Program-made: the position numbers and the translations under genes
Assembly (NCBI RefSeq): GCF_900163695.1
Contig: NZ_FUIC01000027.1
Span: 30,807-94,806, forward strand
Direction: 5' to 3'
Length of the DNA stretch: 64,000 bases
Origin: Gulosibacter sp. 10
GTDB lineage: Bacteria > Actinomycetota > Actinomycetes > Actinomycetales > Microbacteriaceae
In this document: in pieces, positions 56,340-64,000 of the stretch
How positions within the stretch are numbered: the first letter of the stretch is position 1
How the letters are laid out: each line of letters opens with the position of its first letter
Notes under the pieces: generated by a model
Database searches by the model: none
What the model saw: only the letters and a program-made list of their open reading frames with translations
Told to the model about the DNA's origin: nothing

Positions 56340-59300
56340 GTGTTCCGAAAAATTCTCGTTGCGAACCGTGGTGAGATCGCCATTCGCGCGTTCCGCGCCG
56401 CAGTCGAACTCGGTGTGCGCACGGTGGCGGTCTATCCGTTCGAGGACCGCAACTCGCTGCACCGGCTCAAAGCCGATGAGGCCTACGAGATCGGCTCGCA
56501 GGGCTCCCCGGTCCAGGCCTACCTCGACATCGACGAGATCATCCGCGTCGCCCTCGAGAGCGGTGCCGACGCGATCTACCCGGGGTACGGGTTCCTCTCC
56601 GAGAACGCCGACTTCGCCCGCGCGTGCGCGGAGAACGGGATCACCTTCATCGGGCCCGCCTCCGAGATCCTCGCGAACGCGGGCAACAAGGTGCACGCGA
56701 AGGAGCAGGCCATCCGGGCCGGCGTGCCGGTGCTCGCCTCCTCCGATCCCTCCACGGATGTGGACGCGCTCGTCGCGGCGGCGGAGGAGATCGGCTTCCC
56801 GGTCTTCGCCAAGGCGGTCGCGGGCGGCGGCGGTCGGGGCATGCGCCGCGTCGAGCGGCCCGAGGATCTCCGGGATGCGCTCGAATCCGCGATGAAGGAG
56901 GCCGAGGCGGCCTTCGGCGACGCGACGATGTTCATCGAGCAGTGCGTGCTGCGCCCGCGCCACATCGAGGTCCAGGTGCTCGCGGACTCGACGGGGCACG
57001 TGGTGCACCTCTTCGAGCGCGACTGCTCGGTCCAGCGCCGGCACCAGAAGGTGATCGAGATCGCCCCGGCGCCCTTCCTCGACGAGGACATCCGGCAGGC
57101 GCTCTACCGCGACGCGGTCGCCTTCGCCGAGTCCATCGGCTACGTGAACGCCGGGACCGTCGAATTCCTCGTCGACACCGCGGGGGAGCGGGCCGGTCAG
57201 CACGTGTTCATCGAGATGAACCCGCGCATCCAGGTCGAGCACACGATCACCGAGGAGATCACCTCGGTGGACCTCGTGCAGTCCCAGATGCTCATCGCCT
57301 CGGGCTCCTCGCTCGAGGAGCTCGGCCTCACCCAGGACCGCATCGAGATGCGCGGCTCGGCGATCCAGTGCCGGATCACCACCGAGGACCCGACGCACGA
57401 CTTCCGCCCCGACTCCGGCACGATCACCACCTACCGATCGGCGGGCGGCTCCGGCATCCGCATCGACGGCGGCACGATCGCCACCGGCTCCGAGGTGCTG
57501 CCGTACTTCGACTCGCTGCTGCTCAAGCTCATCGCGCACGGCAAGGACTTCGCCACCGCGGTGCTGCGCGCGCGCCGGGCGCTTGCGGAGTTCCGGGTCC
57601 GCGGCATCGCGACGAACATCCCGTTCCAGAGCGCCGTGCTCGGCCACGCCGACTTCCTCGCGGGCGAGCTGTCCACCGGCTTCATCGAGGAGCGCCCCGA
57701 GCTCTTCGAGTACCGCAAGCCCGGCGACCGCTCGACCAAGATCCTCAACTGGCTCGCCGACGTCACCGTGAACCAGCCCAACGGCGAGCGCCCGACCGCG
57801 GTCCGCGCCCGCGTCAAGCTCCCCGAGCTGCCCGGCGGGGAGCTGCCCGAGGGGGAGCGCGACCGCCTGCTGCGGCTCGGCCCCTCGGAATGGGCGAGGG
57901 CGCTGCGCGCCGAGACGGGGCTGCGGGTCACCGACACCACGTTCCGGGACGCGCACCAGTCGCTGCTGGCGACGCGCGTCCGCACGAAGGACCTCCAGCT
58001 CGCGGCGCCGTACGTCGCGCACCGGCTGCAGGGCCTGCTCTCGGTCGAGGCCTGGGGCGGGGCGACCTACGACGTGGCGCTGCGCTTCCTCGGCGAGGAC
58101 CCGTGGGAGCGGCTCGAGAAGCTCCGCGAGGCCATGCCGAACGTGCCCATCCAGATGCTCCTGCGCGGCCGCAACACCGTGGGCTACACGCCCTCGCCCA
58201 CCGCGGTGACGAACGCCTTCGTCGGGGAGGCCGCCACGACCGGCGTGGACATCTTCCGGATCTTCGACGCGCTCAACGACGTGAAGCAGATGCGCCCGGC
58301 GATCGACGCGGTGCTCGAGACCGGCACGGCGGTGGCGGAGACGACGCTCTGCTACACCGGCAACCTCCTCGACCCCCGCGAGGACCTCTACACGCTCGAC
58401 TACTACCTCCGGCTCGCCGAGGAGATCGTCGAGGCGGGGTCCCACGCGCTCGCCATCAAGGACATGGCCGGACTGCTGCGCCCGGCCGCCGCGAAACGGC
58501 TCGTCTCGGCGCTGCGCGAGCGGTTCGACGTGCCCGTGCACCTGCACACCCACGACACCGCGGGCGGCCAGCTCGCGACCCTGCTCGCCGCCTCCGAGGC
58601 GGGCGTGGACGCGGTGGACGTGGCCGCCGCCCCGCTGTCCGGCACCACGAGCCAGGTGCCGATGAGCGCCCTCGTCGCCGCGCTGGAGGGCACGGAGCGG
58701 GACACCGGGATCGACCTCGACGTGGTGACCGACTTCGAGCCCTACTGGGAGGCCGTGCGCCACATCTACCGGCCCTTCGAGTCCGGTCTGCCCGGCCCGA
58801 CGGGGCGCGTCTACCGCCACGAGATCCCGGGCGGTCAGCTCTCGAACCTCCGTCAGCAGGCGATCGCGCTGGGGCTCGCCGACGAGTTCGAGCGCATCGA
58901 GGACATGTACGAGGCCGCCGACCGCATCCTCGGCCGCATCCCCAAGGTGACCCCGTCCTCGAAGGTGGTCGGCGACCTGGCCCTGCACCTGGTCGCGGTG
59001 AACGCCGACCCGGAGGACTTCGAGGCGAACCCGGAACGGTACGACATCCCGGACTCGGTGATCGGCTTCCTCGCCGGCGAGCTGGGGGAGCTCCCGGGCG
59101 GCTGGCCCGAGCCCTTCCGCTCCAAGGCGCTCGCCGGCAAGCACCCGCAGATCGAGGTGAAGCCGCTCACCGCCGAGGAGCAGGCGGGCCTCGAGGGGGA
59201 GTCCGCAACGCGCCGCTCGACCCTCAACCGGTTCCTGTTCCCGCAGCCCAGCGCGATCTTCGAGGACGTGCGCGAGCTGTTCGGCGACCTCTCCGTGCTC

Positions 59301-59768
59301 GACACCCTGGACTACCTCTACGGCCTCGAGCCCGGGACGGAGCACCGGGTGCGCCTCGGCAAGGGCGTGGACGTGTTCATCCAGCTCGAGGCCATCGGCG
59401 AGCCCGACGAGGACGGGAAGCGCACGGTCATGGCGATGGTGAACGGCCAGCTCCGCCCCGTGCTGGTCCGCGATCGCAGCGTGCAGGTCGACGCCGTGGT
59501 GCGGGAGCAGGCCGACCCGAACCAGCTCGGCCACGTGGCGGCGCCCTTCTCCGGCGTGGTCACCGTGCGCGTCGAGCCCGGCGCGAAGGTGAACCAGGGC
59601 GACCAGGTCGCGACCATCGAGGCCATGAAGATGGAGGCGTCCATCACGGCCACCTGCACGGGTATCATCGACCGAGTGGTGCTGCACGCACCCGAGGAGG
59701 TAGACCACGGCGATCTGCTCGTGGTGATTCGACCCGACGACGCCGCGGGAGCCTCCGACGTCGAGTGA
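56340..59768 (+). CDS. pyc: pyruvate carboxylase
   Basis: GTG at 56340 (AAGGGGG RBS) gives the canonical N-terminus VFRKILVANRGEIAIRAFRAA. The track start is 56316. Biotin carboxylase, carboxyltransferase (HTHDTAG) and C-terminal biotinyl domain (EAMKME) are all present. Confidence 0.9.
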   Translation: MFRKILVANRGEIAIRAFRAAVELGVRTVAVYPFEDRNSLHRLKADEAYEIGSQGSPVQAYLDIDEIIRVALESGADAIYPGYGFLSENADFARACAENGITFIGPASEILANAGNKVHAKEQAIRAGVPVLASSDPSTDVDALVAAAEEIGFPVFAKAVAGGGGRGMRRVERPEDLRDALESAMKEAEAAFGDATMFIEQCVLRPRHIEVQVLADSTGHVVHLFERDCSVQRRHQKVIEIAPAPFLDEDIRQALYRDAVAFAESIGYVNAGTVEFLVDTAGERAGQHVFIEMNPRIQVEHTITEEITSVDLVQSQMLIASGSSLEELGLTQDRIEMRGSAIQCRITTEDPTHDFRPDSGTITTYRSAGGSGIRIDGGTIATGSEVLPYFDSLLLKLIAHGKDFATAVLRARRALAEFRVRGIATNIPFQSAVLGHADFLAGELSTGFIEERPELFEYRKPGDRSTKILNWLADVTVNQPNGERPTAVRARVKLPELPGGELPEGERDRLLRLGPSEWARALRAETGLRVTDTTFRDAHQSLLATRVRTKDLQLAAPYVAHRLQGLLSVEAWGGATYDVALRFLGEDPWERLEKLREAMPNVPIQMLLRGRNTVGYTPSPTAVTNAFVGEAATTGVDIFRIFDALNDVKQMRPAIDAVLETGTAVAETTLCYTGNLLDPREDLYTLDYYLRLAEEIVEAGSHALAIKDMAGLLRPAAAKRLVSALRERFDVPVHLHTHDTAGGQLATLLAASEAGVDAVDVAAAPLSGTTSQVPMSALVAALEGTERDTGIDLDVVTDFEPYWEAVRHIYRPFESGLPGPTGRVYRHEIPGGQLSNLRQQAIALGLADEFERIEDMYEAADRILGRIPKVTPSSKVVGDLALHLVAVNADPEDFEANPERYDIPDSVIGFLAGELGELPGGWPEPFRSKALAGKHPQIEVKPLTAEEQAGLEGESATRRSTLNRFLFPQPSAIFEDVRELFGDLSVLDTLDYLYGLEPGTEHRVRLGKGVDVFIQLEAIGEPDEDGKRTVMAMVNGQLRPVLVRDRSVQVDAVVREQADPNQLGHVAAPFSGVVTVRVEPGAKVNQGDQVATIEAMKMEASITATCTGIIDRVVLHAPEEVDHGDLLVVIRPDDAAGASDVE

Positions 59769-59799
59769 CACCGGCGCCGGCCATGGCTCGACGCGGAGA

Positions 59800-61269
59800 A
59801 TGCGAGGAGCCATGGCCGGCAGTTCCGCCGAGCAGCCCGGTGCGGAGGAGGTCTTCGATCTCATCGTGATCGGAGCGGGGTCAGGGAACTCGATCCCGTC
59901 CCCGGAATTCGCGGATCGCAGGATCGCGATCGTCGACGACGGCCGATGGTTCGGCGGCACCTGCCTCAACGCGGGATGCATCCCCACCAAGATGTTCGTC
60001 CGCCCCGCCGAGATCGCTCGCGAGGCGCGGGAGGGCGGCCGCCTCGGCCTCGCCGCGGACTCGGTCCGGCTCGACTGGGCCGCGGTCCGCGACCGCGTGT
60101 TCGGGCGCACCGACTCGATCTCCCGCTCCGGCGAGGAGTACCGCGAATCGGGGGAGCGGAACGTCTCCCTCGTGCGGGAGACGGTGCGCTTCACCGGCCC
60201 CCGCACGCTGGTCACCGAATCGGGGCGGATCCTGCGCGGCGAGCGCATCGTGATCGGCGCCGGCTCGCGGCCCCGGGAGCTCGAGCTGCTGCCGTTCGGC
60301 GGCTCGGTCTTCTCGAGCGACGACGCGCTGCGGCTCGACGCGCTCCCGCAGCGCCTCGCGGTGCTCGGCGGCGGGGTGGTCGCGTCCGAGTTCGCGGCGA
60401 TCTTCTCGGCGTTCGGCGCGGAGGTGGTGCAGGCCAACCGCTCCCCGCTGCTGCGCTCGCTCGACGGCGAGGTCTCCGAATCCTTCAACCGCATCGCCGC
60501 CCGCAACTGGCGCGTGGAGACCGACGCCGCCCTCGAATCGGCCGAGCACGGGGAGGGCGGCTGGCGCCTGGGCTTCGCCAACGGCGCCGCGGTCGAGGTG
60601 GACGCGGTGCTCGTGGCCGTCGGACGGGTGCCGAACAGCGATCGGCTCGACACGGCCGCCGCCGGGTTCGACCACCACGAGGACGGCCGGATCGAGGTCG
60701 ACGCCCATCAGCGGGTTCTCGCGGGCGGCAGGCCGCTCGAGGGCGTCTACGCGCTCGGCGACGTGAGCTCCCCGCATCAGCTCAAGCACGTGGCCAATCA
60801 CGACGCGCGCGTCGTCGCGGCCAACCTGCTGGCCGAATCCGAGGGGCGGGCGCTCGTCGAGAACACGCTCGGCCCGGTCCCCTCGACCATCTTCAGCTGG
60901 CCCGAGATCGCGGTGTTCGGCAGCACCCTCGAGGAGGCGCGCGCCGCCGGCGCGGACGCGCTCGAGGTGCGCCAGGACTACGGCGGGACCGCGTGGGGCT
61001 GGGCGCTCGAGGACGAGGAGAGCTTCTGCAAGCTCGTCGTCGACCGCGGCTCCGGCGCGCTGCTCGGCGCGCACATCATCGGCCCGGACGCGCCCATCCT
61101 GCTGCAGCCGCTGCTGCAGGCGGCGAGCTTCGGCGCAGGCGTGCGCGGCCTCGCGCGCGGACAGTACTGGCCGCATCCCGCGGCCACCGAGATCATCGAG
61201 AACGCCCTGCTCCAGGCAGAGGCGGAGCTGACGGCATCCGCGCCGTCGCAGTCACAGGAGGACGACTAG
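59800..61269 (+). CDS. mycothione-reductase-like FAD/NAD(P)-dependent disulfide oxidoreductase
   Basis: FAD motif IVIGAGSGN, redox-active disulfide [15 protein letters not shown]-terminal HP-x-x-x-E (WPHPAATE). Alternative start at 59812. Confidence 0.75.
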   Translation: MRGAMAGSSAEQPGAEEVFDLIVIGAGSGNSIPSPEFADRRIAIVDDGRWFGGTCLNAGCIPTKMFVRPAEIAREAREGGRLGLAADSVRLDWAAVRDRVFGRTDSISRSGEEYRESGERNVSLVRETVRFTGPRTLVTESGRILRGERIVIGAGSRPRELELLPFGGSVFSSDDALRLDALPQRLAVLGGGVVASEFAAIFSAFGAEVVQANRSPLLRSLDGEVSESFNRIAARNWRVETDAALESAEHGEGGWRLGFANGAAVEVDAVLVAVGRVPNSDRLDTAAAGFDHHEDGRIEVDAHQRVLAGGRPLEGVYALGDVSSPHQLKHVANHDARVVAANLLAESEGRALVENTLGPVPSTIFSWPEIAVFGSTLEEARAAGADALEVRQDYGGTAWGWALEDEESFCKLVVDRGSGALLGAHIIGPDAPILLQPLLQAASFGAGVRGLARGQYWPHPAATEIIENALLQAEAELTASAPSQSQEDD

Positions 61270-61271
61270 CA

Positions 61272-61763
61272 GTGGCAGTTCGCAATATCCGCTACTACGG
61301 GGACCCGGTGCTCCGCACCCCGTGCGACCCGATCGCCGAGATCGACGACAGCGTGCGCACGCTCATCCAGGATCTGCTCGACACGACCGACATGGAGGGC
61401 AGGGCGGGCGTCGCCGCACCGCAGATCGGCGTCGGCCTGCGGGCCTTCAGCTGGCACATCGACGGCCGGACCGGCTACATGATCAACCCCGTGCTCGAGG
61501 AGGTCTCGGGCGAGCCCGAGGAGATCGACGAGGGCTGCCTCTCGGTGCCCGGCCTGTGGTTCAAGACGAAGCGCTACCCCTATGCGCGCGCCCGGGGCAT
61601 CGACCTCGACGGCGAGGAGATCGTGCTGGAGGGGGAGGGCCTCATGGCGCAGATGATCCAGCACGAGTGCGGGCACCTCGACGGCACCGTCTTCGTGGAC
61701 ACGCTCGCGAAGGACGAGCGCCGCGCGGCCATGCGGCAGATCCGCGAGTCGGACTGGTTCTGA
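61272..61763 (+). CDS. def: peptide deformylase
   Basis: GTG start 3 nt after the upstream stop. The three Def motifs are present: G-x-G-x-AAPQ-x-G ([11 protein letters not shown]), EGCLS and HExxH (QHECGHLDG). Confidence 0.85.
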   Translation: MAVRNIRYYGDPVLRTPCDPIAEIDDSVRTLIQDLLDTTDMEGRAGVAAPQIGVGLRAFSWHIDGRTGYMINPVLEEVSGEPEEIDEGCLSVPGLWFKTKRYPYARARGIDLDGEEIVLEGEGLMAQMIQHECGHLDGTVFVDTLAKDERRAAMRQIRESDWF

Positions 61764-61826
61764 GCCGTTCCGGAAGCGCCGCGCCCCGGGTCCCGATCGG
61801 GACCCGGGGCGCGGCGCTTCCGGCTC

Positions 61827-63683
61827 CTACACCGTGGGGATCGAGGAGGTCCCCGAGTAGATCCGGTCGATCACCGGGGCGATCTGCTCCATCGCGACGT
61901 TCCGCTTGAGGGAGAGCTTGGGGGTGAGCGTGCCGTCCTCGATCGTGAACGTGCGGTCGAGGACCTCGAACTTGCGGATGGACTCGGCGCGGGACACGCG
62001 CCGGTTGGCGCGGTCGATGACGCCCTGGATGTGCTCGCGCACCCGCGGGTGCGCCGCGGCCTCCGCGAGCGGCATCCCGGGGTCGAGGTCGTGCAGCTCG
62101 AGCCACTTCGGCAGCATCTCGGGGTCGAGGGTGACCACGGCCGCGATGAAGGGCTTCTGATCGCCGACCACGATGCACTCGCCGACGATGCCGTCGGCGC
62201 GGATCGGATCCTCGAACGCGGCGGGGGCCACGTTCTTGCCGCCCGCCGTGACGATGATGTCCTTCTTGCGGCCGGTGATCGTGATGTACCCCTCCTCGTC
62301 GAGCTGCCCGAGATCGCCGGTGCGGAACCAGCCGTCCTCGGTGAACGCGGCCTCCGTGGCCTCGGGGTTGTTCCAGTACTCGCGGAACACGTTGATGCCC
62401 CGGGTGAGGATCTCCCCGTCCTCGGCGATCCGGACGCCGCAGCCCGGCAGCGGCGGGCCGACCGTGCCGATCTTGAACCTGCCCGGCAGGTTCACCGAGA
62501 CCGGCGCGGTCGTCTCGGTGAGCCCGTAGCCCTCGAGCACCTGCACGCCGAGCGCCCGGTAGAAGTGGCCGAGGAAGAGCCCGAGCGGGGCGGAGCCGGA
62601 GACCGCGTGCTGGACGCGCCCGCCGAGGGTGGCCCGCAGCTTCCTGAAGACGAGCAGGTCGAACAGCCGGTACTGGAGCCTGAGCCCGAGGGAGGCGCCG
62701 CCCGAGTCCATCGCCCGCGAATACGCGACGCCGACGCTCACCGCGCGTCGGAAGATCTTCTCCTTGCCGCCCTCGGACGCCTTCTGCAGCGCCGAGTTGT
62801 AGACCTTCTCGAAGACCCTGGGCACCGCCAGCAGGAAGGAGGGCCGGAAGGAGCCGAGGGAGGGCACGAGCCGGGTGGTGTCGTGCTGGTGGCCGACGCG
62901 GATGCCGTAGGCCACGCCGATCACCGAGATGAGCCGGGCGAAGACGTGCGCGAGGGTCACGAAGAGCAGGGTCGAGGAGCCCGGCACGTCGATGACCTCG
63001 CCGAGGGGCTCCTGGATGTTCCGCGAGAGCTCCACGAAGTTGGAATGGACCAGCACCGTGCCCTTGGGCCGCCCGGTCGTGCCGGCCGTGTAGATGAGCG
63101 TCGCGATCGAGTCGCCCCGGGCGTGCGAGCGGGCCTGCTCGAGCCGCTCGTCGCTCACCTCGGCGCCCGCCCCGCGCAGCTCGTCGAGGGCGCCCTCGGC
63201 CATCGAGAGCCGCCAGCGCAGCTCGGGGCGGTCGCCCTCGATCTCGTCGTACTTGGCGTCGAGCTCCGGCGTCTGCGAGATCAGCCCCTCCGCGCCGGAG
63301 TCCTGCAGGATCCACTGCAGCTGCCCGGGCGAGTTGGTCTCGTACACCGGCACCATGATGGCGCCCGCGTACCAGAGGGCGAAGTCCACGAGCGTCCACT
63401 CGTAGCTCGTGTACGCGATGAAGGCGATCCGGGTCTCGGGGACGATGCCCTTCGCGATGAGACCCTTGGCGATGGCCCGCACGTCGTCGTGGAACTCCTT
63501 CGTCGTGATGTCGCGCCAGGACTCGCCCTCCGGCACCGCGAACAGCGGCCGATCGGGGGTGGCGGCGACGCGCGCCTCGAGCAGGTCCGTCGTGTTCTGC
63601 TCGGGCGCGGGGGCGGCGATGGGCGGAGTGATCCACTCACGTCGGGCTCCGGGAGCCACGGCAGCGGTCGGCGAGTCTGTCAT
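61827..63683 (-). CDS. long-chain fatty-acid--CoA ligase (AMP-dependent synthetase, FadD15-like)
   Basis: 618 aa. AMP-binding motifs (TSGTTGRPKG-type TAGTTGRPKGTVL, YGLTET, TGDLG), with the long-chain ACS insertion. Confidence 0.85.
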   Translation of the reverse strand: MTDSPTAAVAPGARREWITPPIAAPAPEQNTTDLLEARVAATPDRPLFAVPEGESWRDITTKEFHDDVRAIAKGLIAKGIVPETRIAFIAYTSYEWTLVDFALWYAGAIMVPVYETNSPGQLQWILQDSGAEGLISQTPELDAKYDEIEGDRPELRWRLSMAEGALDELRGAGAEVSDERLEQARSHARGDSIATLIYTAGTTGRPKGTVLVHSNFVELSRNIQEPLGEVIDVPGSSTLLFVTLAHVFARLISVIGVAYGIRVGHQHDTTRLVPSLGSFRPSFLLAVPRVFEKVYNSALQKASEGGKEKIFRRAVSVGVAYSRAMDSGGASLGLRLQYRLFDLLVFRKLRATLGGRVQHAVSGSAPLGLFLGHFYRALGVQVLEGYGLTETTAPVSVNLPGRFKIGTVGPPLPGCGVRIAEDGEILTRGINVFREYWNNPEATEAAFTEDGWFRTGDLGQLDEEGYITITGRKKDIIVTAGGKNVAPAAFEDPIRADGIVGECIVVGDQKPFIAAVVTLDPEMLPKWLELHDLDPGMPLAEAAAHPRVREHIQGVIDRANRRVSRAESIRKFEVLDRTFTIEDGTLTPKLSLKRNVAMEQIAPVIDRIYSGTSSIPTV

Positions 63684-63910
63684 GAGCGTTGCGGCCTTCC
63701 AATCGGGGGAACGGGCCGGCGCGGATTCGGCGGCCGCGCATCGTCAGACGATTCGCGGCAGCTCTGCCGCGCCGATGTCCCCCAATAGTAGACAGTCGGG
63801 CGCCGGTTTCCGTCAGCCATCGGACCCGCGAGGCGAATCGCGCCCGCACGAATAATAGGGACGGCCGTTCGGTGGGTATGATGTGAGTCGCCCGACGGGA
63901 GGATCACCGC

Positions 63911-64000
63911 ATGTTCTATTGGCTGCTCAAGCATCTTGTTGCCGGCCCCGTCGCGCGTCGGCTCTTCCGGCCCCAGGTGGAGGGGGCGGAGAACATCCCC
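63911..64000 (+). CDS. lysophospholipid (1-acyl-sn-glycerol-3-phosphate) acyltransferase family protein, 3'-truncated by window edge
   Basis: ATG at 63911 gives MFYWLLKHLVAGPVARRLFRPQVEGAENIP, a typical PlsC-family N-terminus. Only 30 codons are available. Confidence 0.45.
   Translation, partial: MFYWLLKHLVAGPVARRLFRPQVEGAENIP

Noticed and set aside
56244-60653. 1469-aa minus ORF and 1081-aa +ORF (56624..59869) over pyc
   Set aside because: Antisense/alternate frame of pyruvate carboxylase, whose own frame shows complete BC-CT-BCCP architecture.

Overview
This 64 kb window is a very high-GC (about 70%+) chromosomal segment of an actinobacterium, probably a Microbacteriaceae-type organism. 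Coding is dense on both strands: about 55 genes with short or overlapping junctions (many ATGA/GTGA stop-start overlaps). I found no rRNA, tRNA, CRISPR array, transposase or integrase. Many of the long ORFs in the six-frame track are antisense or alternate-frame artefacts of the GC bias and were not called; they are typically Arg/Ala/Pro-rich. The supported content is as follows.

(1) A small accessory catabolic island (about 3.5-12.4 kb): MFS transporter, amidohydrolase, SDR, an unusual aminoglycoside-phosphotransferase-like kinase fused to a class III aminotransferase, three TetR regulators and a second MFS transporter.

(2) Two iron-siderophore acquisition loci. One is a TetR-coupled IrtA/IrtB-like pair in which a siderophore-interacting FAD domain is fused to an ABC exporter-fold importer. 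The other is a FepBDGC-like ABC importer operon extended by a luciferase-like flavin monooxygenase and an enterochelin-esterase-like hydrolase, preceded by an IdeR/DtxR-like box. There is also an MmpL transporter with its own TetR.

(3) Housekeeping genes: thrC, amtB-glnK, tag, a DEAD-box helicase, hrpB, a class-II uvrA paralog, sbcCD, a flotillin, the conserved DUF3097-garA-merR-merR block, pyc, a mycothione-reductase-like flavoenzyme, def and fadD.

The hunt findings are: the kinase-aminotransferase fusion island; the non-IdeR (TetR-coupled) IrtAB architecture; the monooxygenase embedded in the siderophore importer operon; an eRF1-like protein between two RNA helicases; a SUKH-domain protein coupled to a bifunctional nuclease; and several repeat and palindrome elements.

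All coordinates were derived by hand from the ORF track and the sequence, so start codons may be off by one alternative initiation site.
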